DNA from: Tubiluchus corallicola
Lineage: Eukaryota > Animalia > Priapulida
NCBI GenBank assembly: GCA_030141605.1
Contig: JAQGDQ010000012.1
Span: 248,001 to 312,000, forward strand
Direction of reading: 5' to 3'
DNA: 64,000 bases
In this document: in pieces, positions 12,101 to 24,467 of the stretch
How the letters are laid out: every line of letters begins with the position of its first letter
Numbering within the stretch: the stretch's first letter is position 1
The notes under the pieces: model-generated
Told to the model about the DNA's origin: nothing
Database searches by the model: none
What the model saw: the letters and a program-made list of their open reading frames with translations, nothing else
Program-made: the position numbers and the translations under genes

Positions 12101-15100
12101 CTTTATGAACAATTTTAGGGCAGCTAACATCATTTAAAATTTTAAAGAGCTATGTTACCACATTTTTTCATTTTTAGCATGTTGATTAAGTAATTTAACA
12201 AAAACGAATTACAGAGCCATTACACGAACTAGTAGAATTTTTAAAATTACCTTTTTTATTTTGGATCGTAAATCAGTAAATTTTTATGCTTGGTTGTTGT
12301 TACTGATGCAAAACTGAATTCATTCCATGTGTTTTGCATCTATAGGTTGATCTGGCCGATTCAGATGGTCGAACAGCATTACGGGCTGCAGCGTGGGGCG
12401 GTCATGATGACATTGTCCAGAGTCTGTTAGAGAACAATGCACAAGTAAATAATGTAGACAATGAAGGTCGCACAGCACTGATCGCCGCTGCATACATGGG
12501 TCATACTGAGATTGTAGAGTGCTTGCTCGATTATGGAGCTGATATTAATCAAAAAGGTAAAGAATGTTAATCTTAATCTCATGCGTTTTTAAAATGCAAG
12601 CATCAAAACTTTGTCAGTGCTTTTGTAAAACTAGGACTGTTGTTTTGTAGAACTGTTTTTCAGTTAAGTTTGATAGGTGTCATATATCAAAACTCGATTA
12701 TTGTGAAATTAATTTCTTCTTTTTTGTCAGATTCAGATGGAAGAACTGCTCTCTCAGTGGCAGCTCTCTGTGTACCGGCCAGTGCTGGACATAGTCGTGT
12801 GGTCAGTTTACTGTTGGACAGAAATGCTGAAGTAGACCATAGAGACCAAGAAGGTATTTTACATAAAGAATTTTGTCTCTGTTAATCTCTGTAAATCTTT
12901 TTCATTAAATTTTCATTGGCAATGCATACATGTTAAGTGTGTCAGTGTTTATTATTTTATTATTTATTTATTCACTGCATTTATAAATGCCTTATTTTAC
13001 CTGTTGCGGCTTTTTCTCATTTTGTCTTACTCCTGATTGTTTCTTGTGTTGTGGATTTGAAAGCACCTAAACTTTGTGTAGGCCTACATGTTGGAAGGTG
13101 TAAAATATAAAAAAGGGAATCAGAGATTGAAGTGGAAAGACTTAAGCATAAGAGAAATAAATTCATTTTATAAAAGATATATGGCGTTTATGAAAGATGG
13201 TGGATTGTGTGAGTAGTAATTAAACATGAAATACAGTCTCCTTCCAGCATGCAACGTAAGGATGAGTGTATGATTAATGAAAAATGGACGTGCCTTTATA
13301 AAGTGAATAAAGCTGATCAGAATGACAGGCTGCTGATTGGCCTTGCATTTGAATGTCTTCAATTTGATATGGCTGCTTCATTTTTGTGTTTTTTTTCCGT
13401 GCAACCTGTGCTTGGGATTTGTTCGATTCAGTCACTTGATGTTGGCAAAGGTGCCTTAACGTCACGCTTTGTGTGCTCTCAGCAAGGAAAAGGTTGGGAC
13501 ATGTGGCAGATACAGGCATGGAGGAGTAGTTTTTGCAAATTCACAAATCCATTTTACTAATCACACCTGGCATTGCTTAACTTCACAGGAAAGTGGCTGT
13601 TTGGGTATTCTCCTTGGCCCATTAATAGTGATAGTATTTAGCAACCATGAAATGTTGTTTGCATGTATGTACTATAATACAACTCAATGATATAGAATCA
13701 GGACCAACGAAATTATGTGTAAAATCCAAAACAAGCAAAAAGCTAACATCCACTGGTGTTACACTATCCATGACTTCCAAACAAATATTTCGTTAGTTAT
13801 TAGTGTATATGTGGACATTAGCAAAGTAACCAACTCATCTTTAAAAATCATTTCTTGATGCAGTTCTTTAGAGTGAATGCCTGAAGTTCAGTGAAATAAT
13901 CTTTTAAGCAGTGATGTTACAGATAAATTCACATTGCAAATTTTTGAAAATGCATTGTTAGGTTATTTCCAGTGAACCATCTAGAATTCTAGATTTATGC
14001 TTCCTGCATTGCTTATACTTAAGTTGCCCTAATGTAATAGTTATGTTTGTATTTTAGCATCGTGTGCAGTTCAGATACAGGCTGGCATTGTTTTGCTAAA
14101 TAAAGTTTATTTTTTTTGCACTGGGAATTCATTGGGCAGAAATGCTAACATTTGGTTTTTTGCTGTCGTCCCAGCACAAACGAATATGTTAGCTGGTTTC
14201 TTCTTCTGTTGTAGGCATGACACCTCTACTTGTGGCAGCGTATGAAGGACATGACACTGTCTGCGATTTACTGTTGGAAGGTGGAGCCGATGTCGATGCA
14301 AGTGATGATGCTGATCGGACGCCTCTTTTTGCAGCTGCGTCAATGGGTCATGCAAAAGTTGTCAGCATGCTTCTTTTTTGGGGAGCAGCCATTGATACGA
14401 TTGATGCTGAAGGAAGGACAGTTTTGTCGATAGCTGCATTACAAGGCATAAATTTTTAACATTTAACAACAGAAATTTAGACACGGTCCAGAATTGCTTC
14501 CATAGAAACTATTAGTGAGAAAATATGGTTGCCTAGTTTTTAAGACATACAGTTGAAATTAAAATGCCGTTTCCTAGATTTGCCTCTTCTAAGTCACACT
14601 TAAAGTTATAGTCATTTGTTTCGTCATAACTGCTAGGGGTGTAAAACTGCTAGGCTTTAGTCTGTTGAATGAACTTTTTCAGAATGTTGACTGAGTGCAA
14701 GTGAGCTGACTGCCCCATATTTAATGTCTGCGTTAACCTGTAAACAAAACTGTTGTATGTAATGCTTTCAATTTTGTAAGGCAAATGGAAGCACACTGAT
14801 GCGCAGGGGAAAGCAGAGTATTAAATAAATTTAAAGGACTGCAACTCCTTAGCCAGCTGGAAGTGGGTGCCTCACAAAAAGCTTCCCTTGGTTAGAAAAA
14901 TGAATGACAAACAAGTTGCCGCGCAATGAAACTGCCACTTATTGCAACCAATTGTTGCTGATCCTGTAGTGGTTTTATTCAGCAGCAACTACTGTAGTAG
15001 AAATTAGAGCACATTCTACTACATAAAGTTTGCGTTCTAGGAATTTTGAGTTTAACTGTACTGTTTTGATGCAAGGTAATAGCTACTAAACCATCTTTGG

Positions 15101-18100
15101 CTTACATTATTTTAATAATTAGTTTTTGTTTAAAATGAATTTTGTGAAATATATTCAGTCGGTATGTTTATCTACCATTGCCTTTTGGCCTTTTTTGTCA
15201 GCAATGGTAGCGGCAGATCTGTATTGAGCTATGACGCTTAAGATTCAAGGTCTCTAGTCTTGGTAGCATGCAGAGGCAACTTTCAATGAGTAAATTTTTC
15301 AACACAATCATTCTTTGTGTAATAGCTATTTGCATAGGTGTCCGAAATGAAAGATTATACTGAGTATAGTTTTTGCTAGTCTTTATTTCACTGATTTTGT
15401 GGCGCATGTATGCAGTGTTGCCTTAATTCTTGATGTCACTGACTTTTTACACTTCATATCATAGACCTCATTTTAATGAATACAACCCAGAAGTCTTAGC
15501 TTGTAATAACTAATATTAAACATGAGATGTCTTCATTTTCATCCTCTAGTCGCTAGCATTTGTGTAATTCTCCAAAAGGTTGTTGTGTTACTTTTATAAC
15601 TTGATTATAAATGTGAAGAAAAAAGTATAGGCCTACATTTTTGTACTATAATTTGAAATTGTACAATGTCGCCTAATAGACGTGTCTCAGCACAAGCCAG
15701 TTGTCACTGAACTGTGATTTTCAGTACAACACAAGTGTTTCAAATAAGCAGTTCTTTCAATTACTTATTAAATTCTAAATTAGTTTTGCTCTGTTAACTG
15801 TTTCTAGTTAGTTGCTAATCATTTTGGTTTTTTAGACTGTTCGGTCCAGTGCTAAAAATTTATCACTATATGACAATTCTCAAGTGATTGTCAAATGCTG
15901 CTGCTTTTATGATTACACATAAATAACAAGTTGTCTGCGTTTAAAATACTGATGCACAATGCTGCAAAAACGAACTTTTTCCTTCTTCACAATTTAAAAT
16001 CCTTGTAATGTGAATGTGTTTATGTTATGTGCCTTTAAATGGTTTGCAGGTTCAGTTGACGTGGTAAAGCTCTTATTAGATCGAGGATTAGATGAGATGC
16101 ATAAGGACAATTGTGGCTGGACCCCATTACACATGGCAGCTTTTGAAGGCCACAGAGATGTCTGTGAAGCATTGCTCAAAGTTGGACCTAGGCTAACACC
16201 GTAAGCAGTAGTTTCATTTCACTTCGGCTGTCTGATAAACTTTATCCTCAGTTATTATTTTATATGATGCATGCAATATTTTGTCATTCTTGTCAATGCT
16301 TCTGTTATTATGTATATCACCGTTTTTTGTCATTATGAATTAAGCTAACCTCAATCACCCGTGATCAGTATGCTTTCACAGAATTATTCACAGAGTTTTT
16401 TATGCTGTAAGGTATATGCTTGAGACATTTAAAAAAGTTACACAAATACATTTGCAAACATGATGGACTTCAGCCTTGTGTTATTTTCATTTTTTATAAT
16501 CAGTACACTGACTAAACCATAATTTGATTATGCATTACTCATGTTTACCTGTGTACCATCAAATTAGATCCATCCTTGAATTATTTAGAAGGATACATAT
16601 TTTTGTTCTTAAATTCGATTAAAGGTTTCCAAAACACTTACCTGCATGGCATATTTTTGCTCTGAAATGATTTGAAGTATTGCAGTATCATTTATGTTGC
16701 TTTTTACTCATTCTAGTTTTCAATTCTTGTTTAACAATACTCAATTTAAACTCACAGTGATTCATTATTTTAGTGCGAATGATGTTGACAACGATGGGCG
16801 TCACGCTCTCATTTTAGCAGCTCAGGAAGGCCATGTGGCATGTGTGTTACTTTTGCTTGAATACGGTGCAAGGATCGATCGTAAAACACATGATGGCCGT
16901 ACAGCATTGCGCGTTGCAGCTCTGGAGGGTCACAAAGAAGTTGTACATCTGTTAATATGCAATGGTGCAGATTTGAATTATTTAGATGCTGACGGCAGAT
17001 CAACAGTTTACGTTCTAGCGTTGGAGAACAAACTTCCTTGTTGCAAATTTCTTCTAGAACAAGGTGCTGATCCAGAAATTACAGACGTAGAAGAGAGAAC
17101 ACCGCTTCATGTGTCAGCTTGGCAAGGTCACTTCCAAATGGTAGAACTTTTACTAAATCATGGTGCAAATGTAAATGCGGTCGATGCAGACCATCGGTCG
17201 GCTCTGCACCTAGCTGCCTGGCAGGGCCACACTATTATTTGTAAACTTCTGTTAGATTTTGGCACCAGAGTTGATGGTACATGCAGTCAAGGAGCAACAG
17301 CCTTGTGTATAGCTGCTCAAGAGGGCCATAAAGATGTTGTCAAGATACTATTAGAATCTGGAGCTGATCCATACCATGTAGACGAATTTGGACGGAATGC
17401 TTTGCGTGTTGCAATGAAAAACAGCCACAGCGAAGTTGTTGAAATTCTTGGTAAACATGGTGTTGACGTTGGTATCGGTCAACCAATAAGACACCCTCGT
17501 TCATCAAGTTCCGAGCAAATGAAGCCAAGTGTGCCTTCAGCCATGGCTTCTTTGCATTCCCGCAGCACGTCTTCATCAAATGAGTCTGCCAGTTTTGACA
17601 AAAGAACATTCGGTATTTATGAGGCTACAACTAGTTGCACCACCAGTTCTTCTAGTCATGTCCATGAAGATGGAAGCACATTCGCACATCATTTTCGACA
17701 GAACTCACCGCCCGGCAATAAGTCTTGTAATGAGGTTAAATGTATAGAAGATTCAGCACTTGATAATCCAATATCACCTGCAAGTGAAACCTCATGGTTC
17801 AGTGCCCCGCAAGAGTATAACAAGAAACAACCAATCAACATCATAACTAATCCACTGATGCATGATATAATACTCAGCAGTAATAATTTGGACATATTCA
17901 AGAACAATCATCCCCTTTTTGAAGAACCAGAATCGGACGACTGTGGCCACAAGCCTTCCTTCCCACAAATGATCCGTGAAAGATTTCTGCTGTCCAAAGT
18001 CTCTAGCAGGAGTGCCAAATTGAAGCGTAATGGCATTTCGACCAATCCCAATTTTGCTAAGATGGCTGCTAAAAGAGACAATTGTAGAGAGGTGTCCCAG

Positions 18101-18202
18101 GTTTCAGGTAAGTATAATGCCCACATACCTAAAGCAAAGAGTGCACCTGTTTTACAACCAAAACATTCTAATGGTCTAATAAAAAAAGAGAGTCCAATAT
18201 AA
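9146..18202 (+). CDS. ANKRD50: Ankyrin repeat domain-containing protein 50 (N-terminal NACHT-like P-loop NTPase, ankyrin repeats, disordered tail, PDZ-binding motif), about 1309 aa
   Basis: Exons 9146-10688, 11649-11777, 11902-12014, 12346-12556, 12731-12853, 14215-14445, 16050-16200 and 16774-18202 total 3930 nt and stay in frame. The protein begins [18 protein letters not shown], has Walker A GGPGSGKT and ANKRD50-typical motifs ([49 protein letters not shown]), and ends KKESPI. An upstream splice acceptor lies at 9078-9079. Confidence 0.95.
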
Positions 18203-21200
18203 CCTCCATAGGTGCTTTTATCCAAAGTAAGACTGATGAAAAAAGCAGGTTTTTGTTCTACATCAGTATTTTTATTGTGATATTTTTATTTTGTCTAGTC
18301 ATTTGAGTTTTATTCACAATATTGTGCCAAGTGGAACACCTTTCATTAATTTCCATTTTACCCGTTCAAAAGTCTCGTTTAGAAGGTAGAAATAAATGAT
18401 TAGCATTCTTGATTAGGTACATCTTGGACTTATTAAGATTGTTATATTATTATGCTATATTAATGTACAAACTTAAATGTAAAAGGTGTTAATTTTGACA
18501 CTTCTGTGCATATTTATGATAAGGGAACTGCTAGAAAAGAAGATATGTAAACAACAAGGAAGGCTTAATGTCAGTATTTCACAATCTATAGCACACATCA
18601 TTTTGATTGCCCTGATAGTGGCATAGAATATTGAAATATTAATATTAGAGTATTTTTTGGTATTATCGGCACTTCCTTTTATGTTTACATAAGTTTTGCC
18701 AGAGATGTGTTGCATTATTTTGGCTTTCTTGTCTTAAGGAGTATATTTTGTAAGCAAGACAAAACTTATAAAAAATTATACAGTATTGTTTAGAAAATAT
18801 AGTCTCGCTGCATATGTTGTATACTTTGTTTCATATATGTTGAAATAGCACCCTTGGGACACTGCCACACTGTATTTCCGTATTTAATTTGCTAACAGGA
18901 TTTGTTTCAGTAGTGTCTTACAATAATAGTCTTGTCATGTCTTAAGCTGTACTTAGTGATCTTCTCATTCTATACACATTGAGTATAAATCACATTAGTG
19001 GAAAATCCTAGTTGTTGTAATGATTTCCTTGCCAAGGTATTATAGTGGATGTAAAATGCTATGTGGTTAGTGGACTTAGCTTGTACGTGATAATTTTCTG
19101 GTCTTCCATTATGTTTTGCACATTTATTTTGGTGCCCTAGGTTTCATAGCCACTTAATTTTAGCTGAGCAGCATGTTGAAAACAAGGAAAATGTGTTTAT
19201 GTTAAGTTTAATTATTTATTTAACTAGGTTGCTTTGATCAGTAGGGGTAAACATGCTGCTTTTGCTCTATTTATGATGAAGATTGAAGAACATTAATGCT
19301 TGTTGTCGATCTCATTTTCACCAAATGTATATAAATTGTCTTTACATAGACACTGTAATGCTTCCTTTAACTGTGCTTCCACATTTGTTTAAATAATTTG
19401 TGCACACTAGATAATTTGTTTTGCAAATTATTTTTATAAACATTTTAGATAGTATATTCATAAACTGTAAAATATAAATGTAAAACAGCTGCCATAATAT
19501 CTCGAAGTCCAAATGCCAGCTTATGTGGTTTTTGCTTATTTTTTTGGTTCATTTTAGTTGTTGCCAAATTGAATTAGATTTATAAAAACATTGTTGGAAT
19601 AGTAAACACACATTTGATGCTGGCAGTGAATTGCTAATGGTGTTGTTAAATGCGTTAGAATTAATTATTGTTATGACATTTTTGTTCATTTGAGGTACAT
19701 TTCTGATTCTTTAGCTTTGGAGTTTAAAGTTAAGTTTTTCTTGATTAAGATGCAAAATCAATTCACTAGAAGACTGATTTTCACTGCAGAATCTGCACGT
19801 GCAGCAGACAGTGTCGCTCATCTATTTTCATTTGGCTGCTTCTAGCAAGTCTTGCAGTAGCATGCACTCAAAGTGCATTTTCTTGTCCACTCCTGATGTG
19901 CATTTCTGTATTCCGTTGATGGGATTTCAGCCAACTTTTTTCATTGTGTTGGATAACCTATGTTGATAGGTGTACTAATGATGATTAAGTGCATCTCCAT
20001 AATGTATATTTTGTTATGGTATCGACTGGCAAAAACCTCCATGTATAAAATAAGTGCAACTATACACTGTGGTACATTACTTAAATACCCACTTGTAGTG
20101 TATTATCACAATAATTACCTATAAGGAAACCATTAAAACGTTATACTGTACATATAAGCATTTTATTTTTGCATGTTAATTTGTCTAAGTTACAAAACAG
20201 TACCAATGCAAATTACGAAAGAAAACTTGTGACCAAATCTTGTTTTTACTTGTTTAATAGTTTGTAAAAACAAGAGACTTTATAGGTGAAACTGCAATTA
20301 GTCTATCAACTTCAGTGGTGAATAGAAAACAGATAGGAGGGCAGAATGGTAACAGTTTAAGGAACTAAGCAGTTCCTGGGTGTGTTGAGAAAAACTGTTG
20401 AACCTTTGATGTTATTTTTTTAGCTCAAGATAGGAATTAAGAGGTACTGTGTCAAATTGCACATTATTGCTACTCCTGTTGAAACTAAAAGAACCAATTC
20501 AATCTTTGTTAAAGTGCCATTTAATGTAAATCCAAAGTTCTATTGAGCATTAATTCTGTCTAAGCTATTTAATTTATAATAATTACTAACATCTATATAA
20601 CATGCAATGACATTGGCCCTACGGCTATACAACATAATTATGTTATTCTTTTAGTTTTACACATATTTCTGTGAAGTTATCAGAACTACTAATGTAACTA
20701 TTAATGTTACTAATATAATATTATATAGTATTAACAATATTTATAATTTACTGGTTTATTACACCGGCTATGTTATGACATAGATTGTATTAAGTAACAC
20801 ATAAATGCAATAATTGCAATTACGTAAACTAAAATTGAGACGACTATAAATTTCAAACTGAAGCATAAATAACTAAATATATGAATGAAACAAGTAGAAT
20901 GTATTACTATCCAGGACTTCCTAGCTGCTGTGCAATGTTCATTACTATCTCGCTCCTTTTAATCGAAGTGACAGAACAACAGTGGCAGGAAAAACTGAAG
21001 GTGATGACAATTATTAATGTCATCACTAAGTTCTGTTTGTCTCCCAATTCAAGAAGCATGTCATGTAATAATGTTAAATTAAAAGGAGCAAGATAGTAAT
21101 GAACACAACTACAAATGTTATTTTAAAAATGCACAATTTATAAATTATTATTTTTTATGCAACTTTGCTATAAGCCATGAAAATATTTTGTCTTTGACAT

Positions 21201-22014
21201 ATACATTTTTCTGTTTTTGTATTACATGCGAGTTCTGTATGGTATTCGCATACCTGTAATCTCCTGGTTTTAGTTCTTTATTAGCTCGTTTTGTAGCACT
21301 TTACGCTCTTTTTTAGATTCAACGTTTTCCAACGCCTTTTAAACTTTTATGTATTGCAAAGCTTGCATACTGACCTACCTCAATGTACACATTAAAAGAG
21401 TGTACAAGTTTATTCTTATCAATGCTATGATGTTCAATAGATTTTAATTGAACACAATCGGATAGATTAAAATTGTCGCTAATATGGACCACGATGGAAA
21501 GCAATTTTTTTTTATTTCTACCATAAACCAATTTTGGTATTGCAGACTATTACAGAATATTCTTTTAAGTCGTCTTTTTTATCTTTTTCTGTGTATTAAT
21601 GTCTATGACCACAAAAGTTAGTATTAATTTTATTTTTGCAGGGTCATTAAGGATTTTTAGTTATTTATTTGTACTTATTTCTAGTCTATTTGCATCTCAG
21701 ACAAAGCTGTCAGTTAAGTTGTTACATGTAGCACTTGTATTATATTATGGTAATTGTAATAATAGTTATAACAATTAATAATAGTAATAATGTGCACAAA
21801 AATAATATAATTTGTGTTTAATTTGCAATTACGTGAATTAATTGCTTTGAATATGCATGTCTTATTGTATATTGTTACTACCTGTTGTACACACACAAAA
21901 TAAATTAAGCGATGATTTTGGTAAATATAATAATTGCAGTAAGTGTCTCCTGTATAATCATGTATGAGAGAACCTATAATCTTTCTCTTGCACATGTTTA
22001 AGGTACAAATAGTC

Positions 22015-22099
22015 ATATATATATATATATATATATATATAAATGTTTAACATATATATATATATATATATATCATCCTTGATATATATATATATATAT
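22015..22099. repeat. (TA)n microsatellite cluster
   Basis: Directly visible. Confidence 0.9.
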
Positions 22100-22244
22100 G
22101 AAGTCATTAGAAACTGACCAAAAAAATACAAAAAAAATAAATCGGTAGGAAGGGTAAAGTCAGCTGTAAATCATTTGTATGCTTAAACTAACAGAAATAA
22201 GCTCGAACTACATACAACATAGATAGACAGCAATTACTTGTAAG

Positions 22245-22960
22245 CTAGACCAAATACTGGCATGCAAACAAATTGCAATAAAAGTATTTTCACTTGTACC
22301 TAGTACAGAAAAAAACATGTTTAAACATGTTTAAAATTATGTACTAAAATCTACCGCACACAAGTTGGTGAAAAATCGTCAAAACTGCAAAAAACTGTGG
22401 CCATTGCCGAAAAACGAGAACATTGCTATAACTCAGCAAAAAAGTATCCAAAGAAGGCTAGACTGCAGATGCCTATTTTTGTTTAGTCAAAGAAAACGAA
22501 AAATTTGCTAACCAGCATAGAGATAAAATTAATTGACATTTTTATGGTTATAGTAACACAGATGTGCTTATCATATTCTCTGACCTTAAAAACAATCTTA
22601 GCCACATTAAAACACTTTATTATTTAGTTACAGCCAAAAAAAACATGGTGGAAATATTTTTCATTTTTAGGGTTCCAAGATGTTATGATGTTAGAAATAT
22701 CACCATTGCTTTCTTTGACCTTAAAAACATACCATCAGTTTAACTTTCTTTAGACACGTTTTTGCCGAGTTATAGTAAAATTCCCATTTTTTGCTAATGC
22801 CAAACGGTTTTTGCAGTTTTGAGGGTTTTCCACCAACTTGTGTGCCACAGATTTTTAGTATGTTAATCAGCATGTTTTTCCATACTAGTTATAAGTGAAA
22901 ACATTTTTGGTGCAATTTGTTCACGTGATGAGCTAAAAACGAGCTACATTGACTGGACTA
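22245..22960. mobile_element. Foldback/MITE element with diverged inverted arms of about 220 bp, possibly Academ-like
   Basis: Left arm ...gcacacaagttggtgaaaaatcgtcaaaactgcaaaaaactg...ctataactcagcaaaaa is the reverse complement of right arm tttttgccgagttatag...cggtttttgcagttttgagggttttccaccaacttgtgtgc. The right end is ...cattgactggaCTA, i.e. a 5'-TAG terminus; the left tip is eroded. Confidence 0.75.
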
Positions 22961-24467
22961 TTAGGAACTAGCAGTAAAGAAAGTAAAGTTCTAACTACAG
23001 TAAATTAAATGCTCCATTAATAGTAGCTAGGTGCAAATTTTTAGTGTCACTAAGAACCAGAAGAAAATTTTAGTTATTTTTGGATACATGTTTTGGCAGC
23101 CACTGTATAGAATGGTGCCAAACAGTCTTCATACTATATTTATTTAAATGGTAATTTAAAAAAACTTGTTAAATTCAAAATTTCAAACACACAATGATTT
23201 TGCTTTGATACAATGTCTCTTAGTTTTTTTTTGTTTTAAATACTTTTTTTACTATGTAGCTTTTTATTTCTTTTCTGAATGCAGTTACACATAAATTGTA
23301 GGTTAAATATACTAAAAAGGATTGAAAAATAGTATTCATTACGTAATAAATTGATTGGTAATACATTGATCAGTTACACACACTACCACAAACATAATGA
23401 TATGCGTGTCTAGTACTATATTTACCCACAGGAATAAGGGATACCTGAAGTTTCAAAAAAGACATTAAAATCAATTAAAAAAGTAAAGACCTAAAAACGC
23501 GCTAGTTATGGCATTACGTTAAAAAAAATATTATTAATTTTTTTCTTAAGTTAAACCTTAGTTAACATTCAGTAAACAATTAAAACCCTAAACTATACAC
23601 CCTAACAATTGCTAATCTGTGCAAAGTATGATTGTGCGTGTTTACCCCAATGTTGCATTTACCCGTATATCTGGCAATAAAAAACAAAAATACAAACCAT
23701 GAGTGCAAAGGGAATAGCTGAGAGATTATAGTTATATATAGTGCATTTAGGAATCGATCAACAGACTGACCAAAGTTAATCAACTTTCACCAAATTATTA
23801 GAAAATTGTGCAGTTTAGACAGCCATTCAGGCTAAAGCTATTTCTCTTATTAACAGAAGTGGCTACAGCATTTCAACACCTCATCTTAGCAGATTATCAT
23901 TGATAATTAAGGAGATTTGGTATTAATTCCAGGTCAGAGCAAAAGAAAGTAAGATGCAACATCTTACTTTTTCATGCAAAAGTAGGTAGCACGTAATTGT
24001 AACACGTTACTTTTTTACACACAAAAGTGGTATAAAACGGGTAACATGTTATGGTACCTGTTTTGCGTATGGCAAAAGTAGTATGTAACGAGCAGCATGC
24101 TATTTTGCAAATGTTCTTTTTAAAAGTAACAAACTCAACACTGGTGAAACACACCTCTGTTGTTAATTTACAGAAATGCATGGGTATTTGCAACCAGCAT
24201 TTGAATTTGAAATCATAAAAAACTGGGACTAACAAGAATTTTGCTCTAACATAACAGCATATTAGTCAGTTGTGTCACAGTGGCTAGCTAACCAAGTACC
24301 TGCAAACACATTAACATAATCTGAAATTTGTTTCACCACTCACAATCAGATGTACTACGTACTATTGCGCAATAAAAAATAAATTATCTAACACTATAAT
24401 AATTACATGCTAGGTTAAGATCAGTTAAACTACATTTTGTTAAAAATCCATTAAATTTCAGCTATGG

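Noticed and set aside
13090-13690. Cluster of short ORFs in ANKRD50 intron 5 with faint LINE RT-like phrases (LYSLYK, LLGPL)
   Set aside because: Too degenerate, and the hints fall on opposite strands; not assignable.
16809-18225. Overlapping antisense and alternate-frame ORFs over the last ANKRD50 exon
   Set aside because: Shadows of a long coding exon with no independent motifs.
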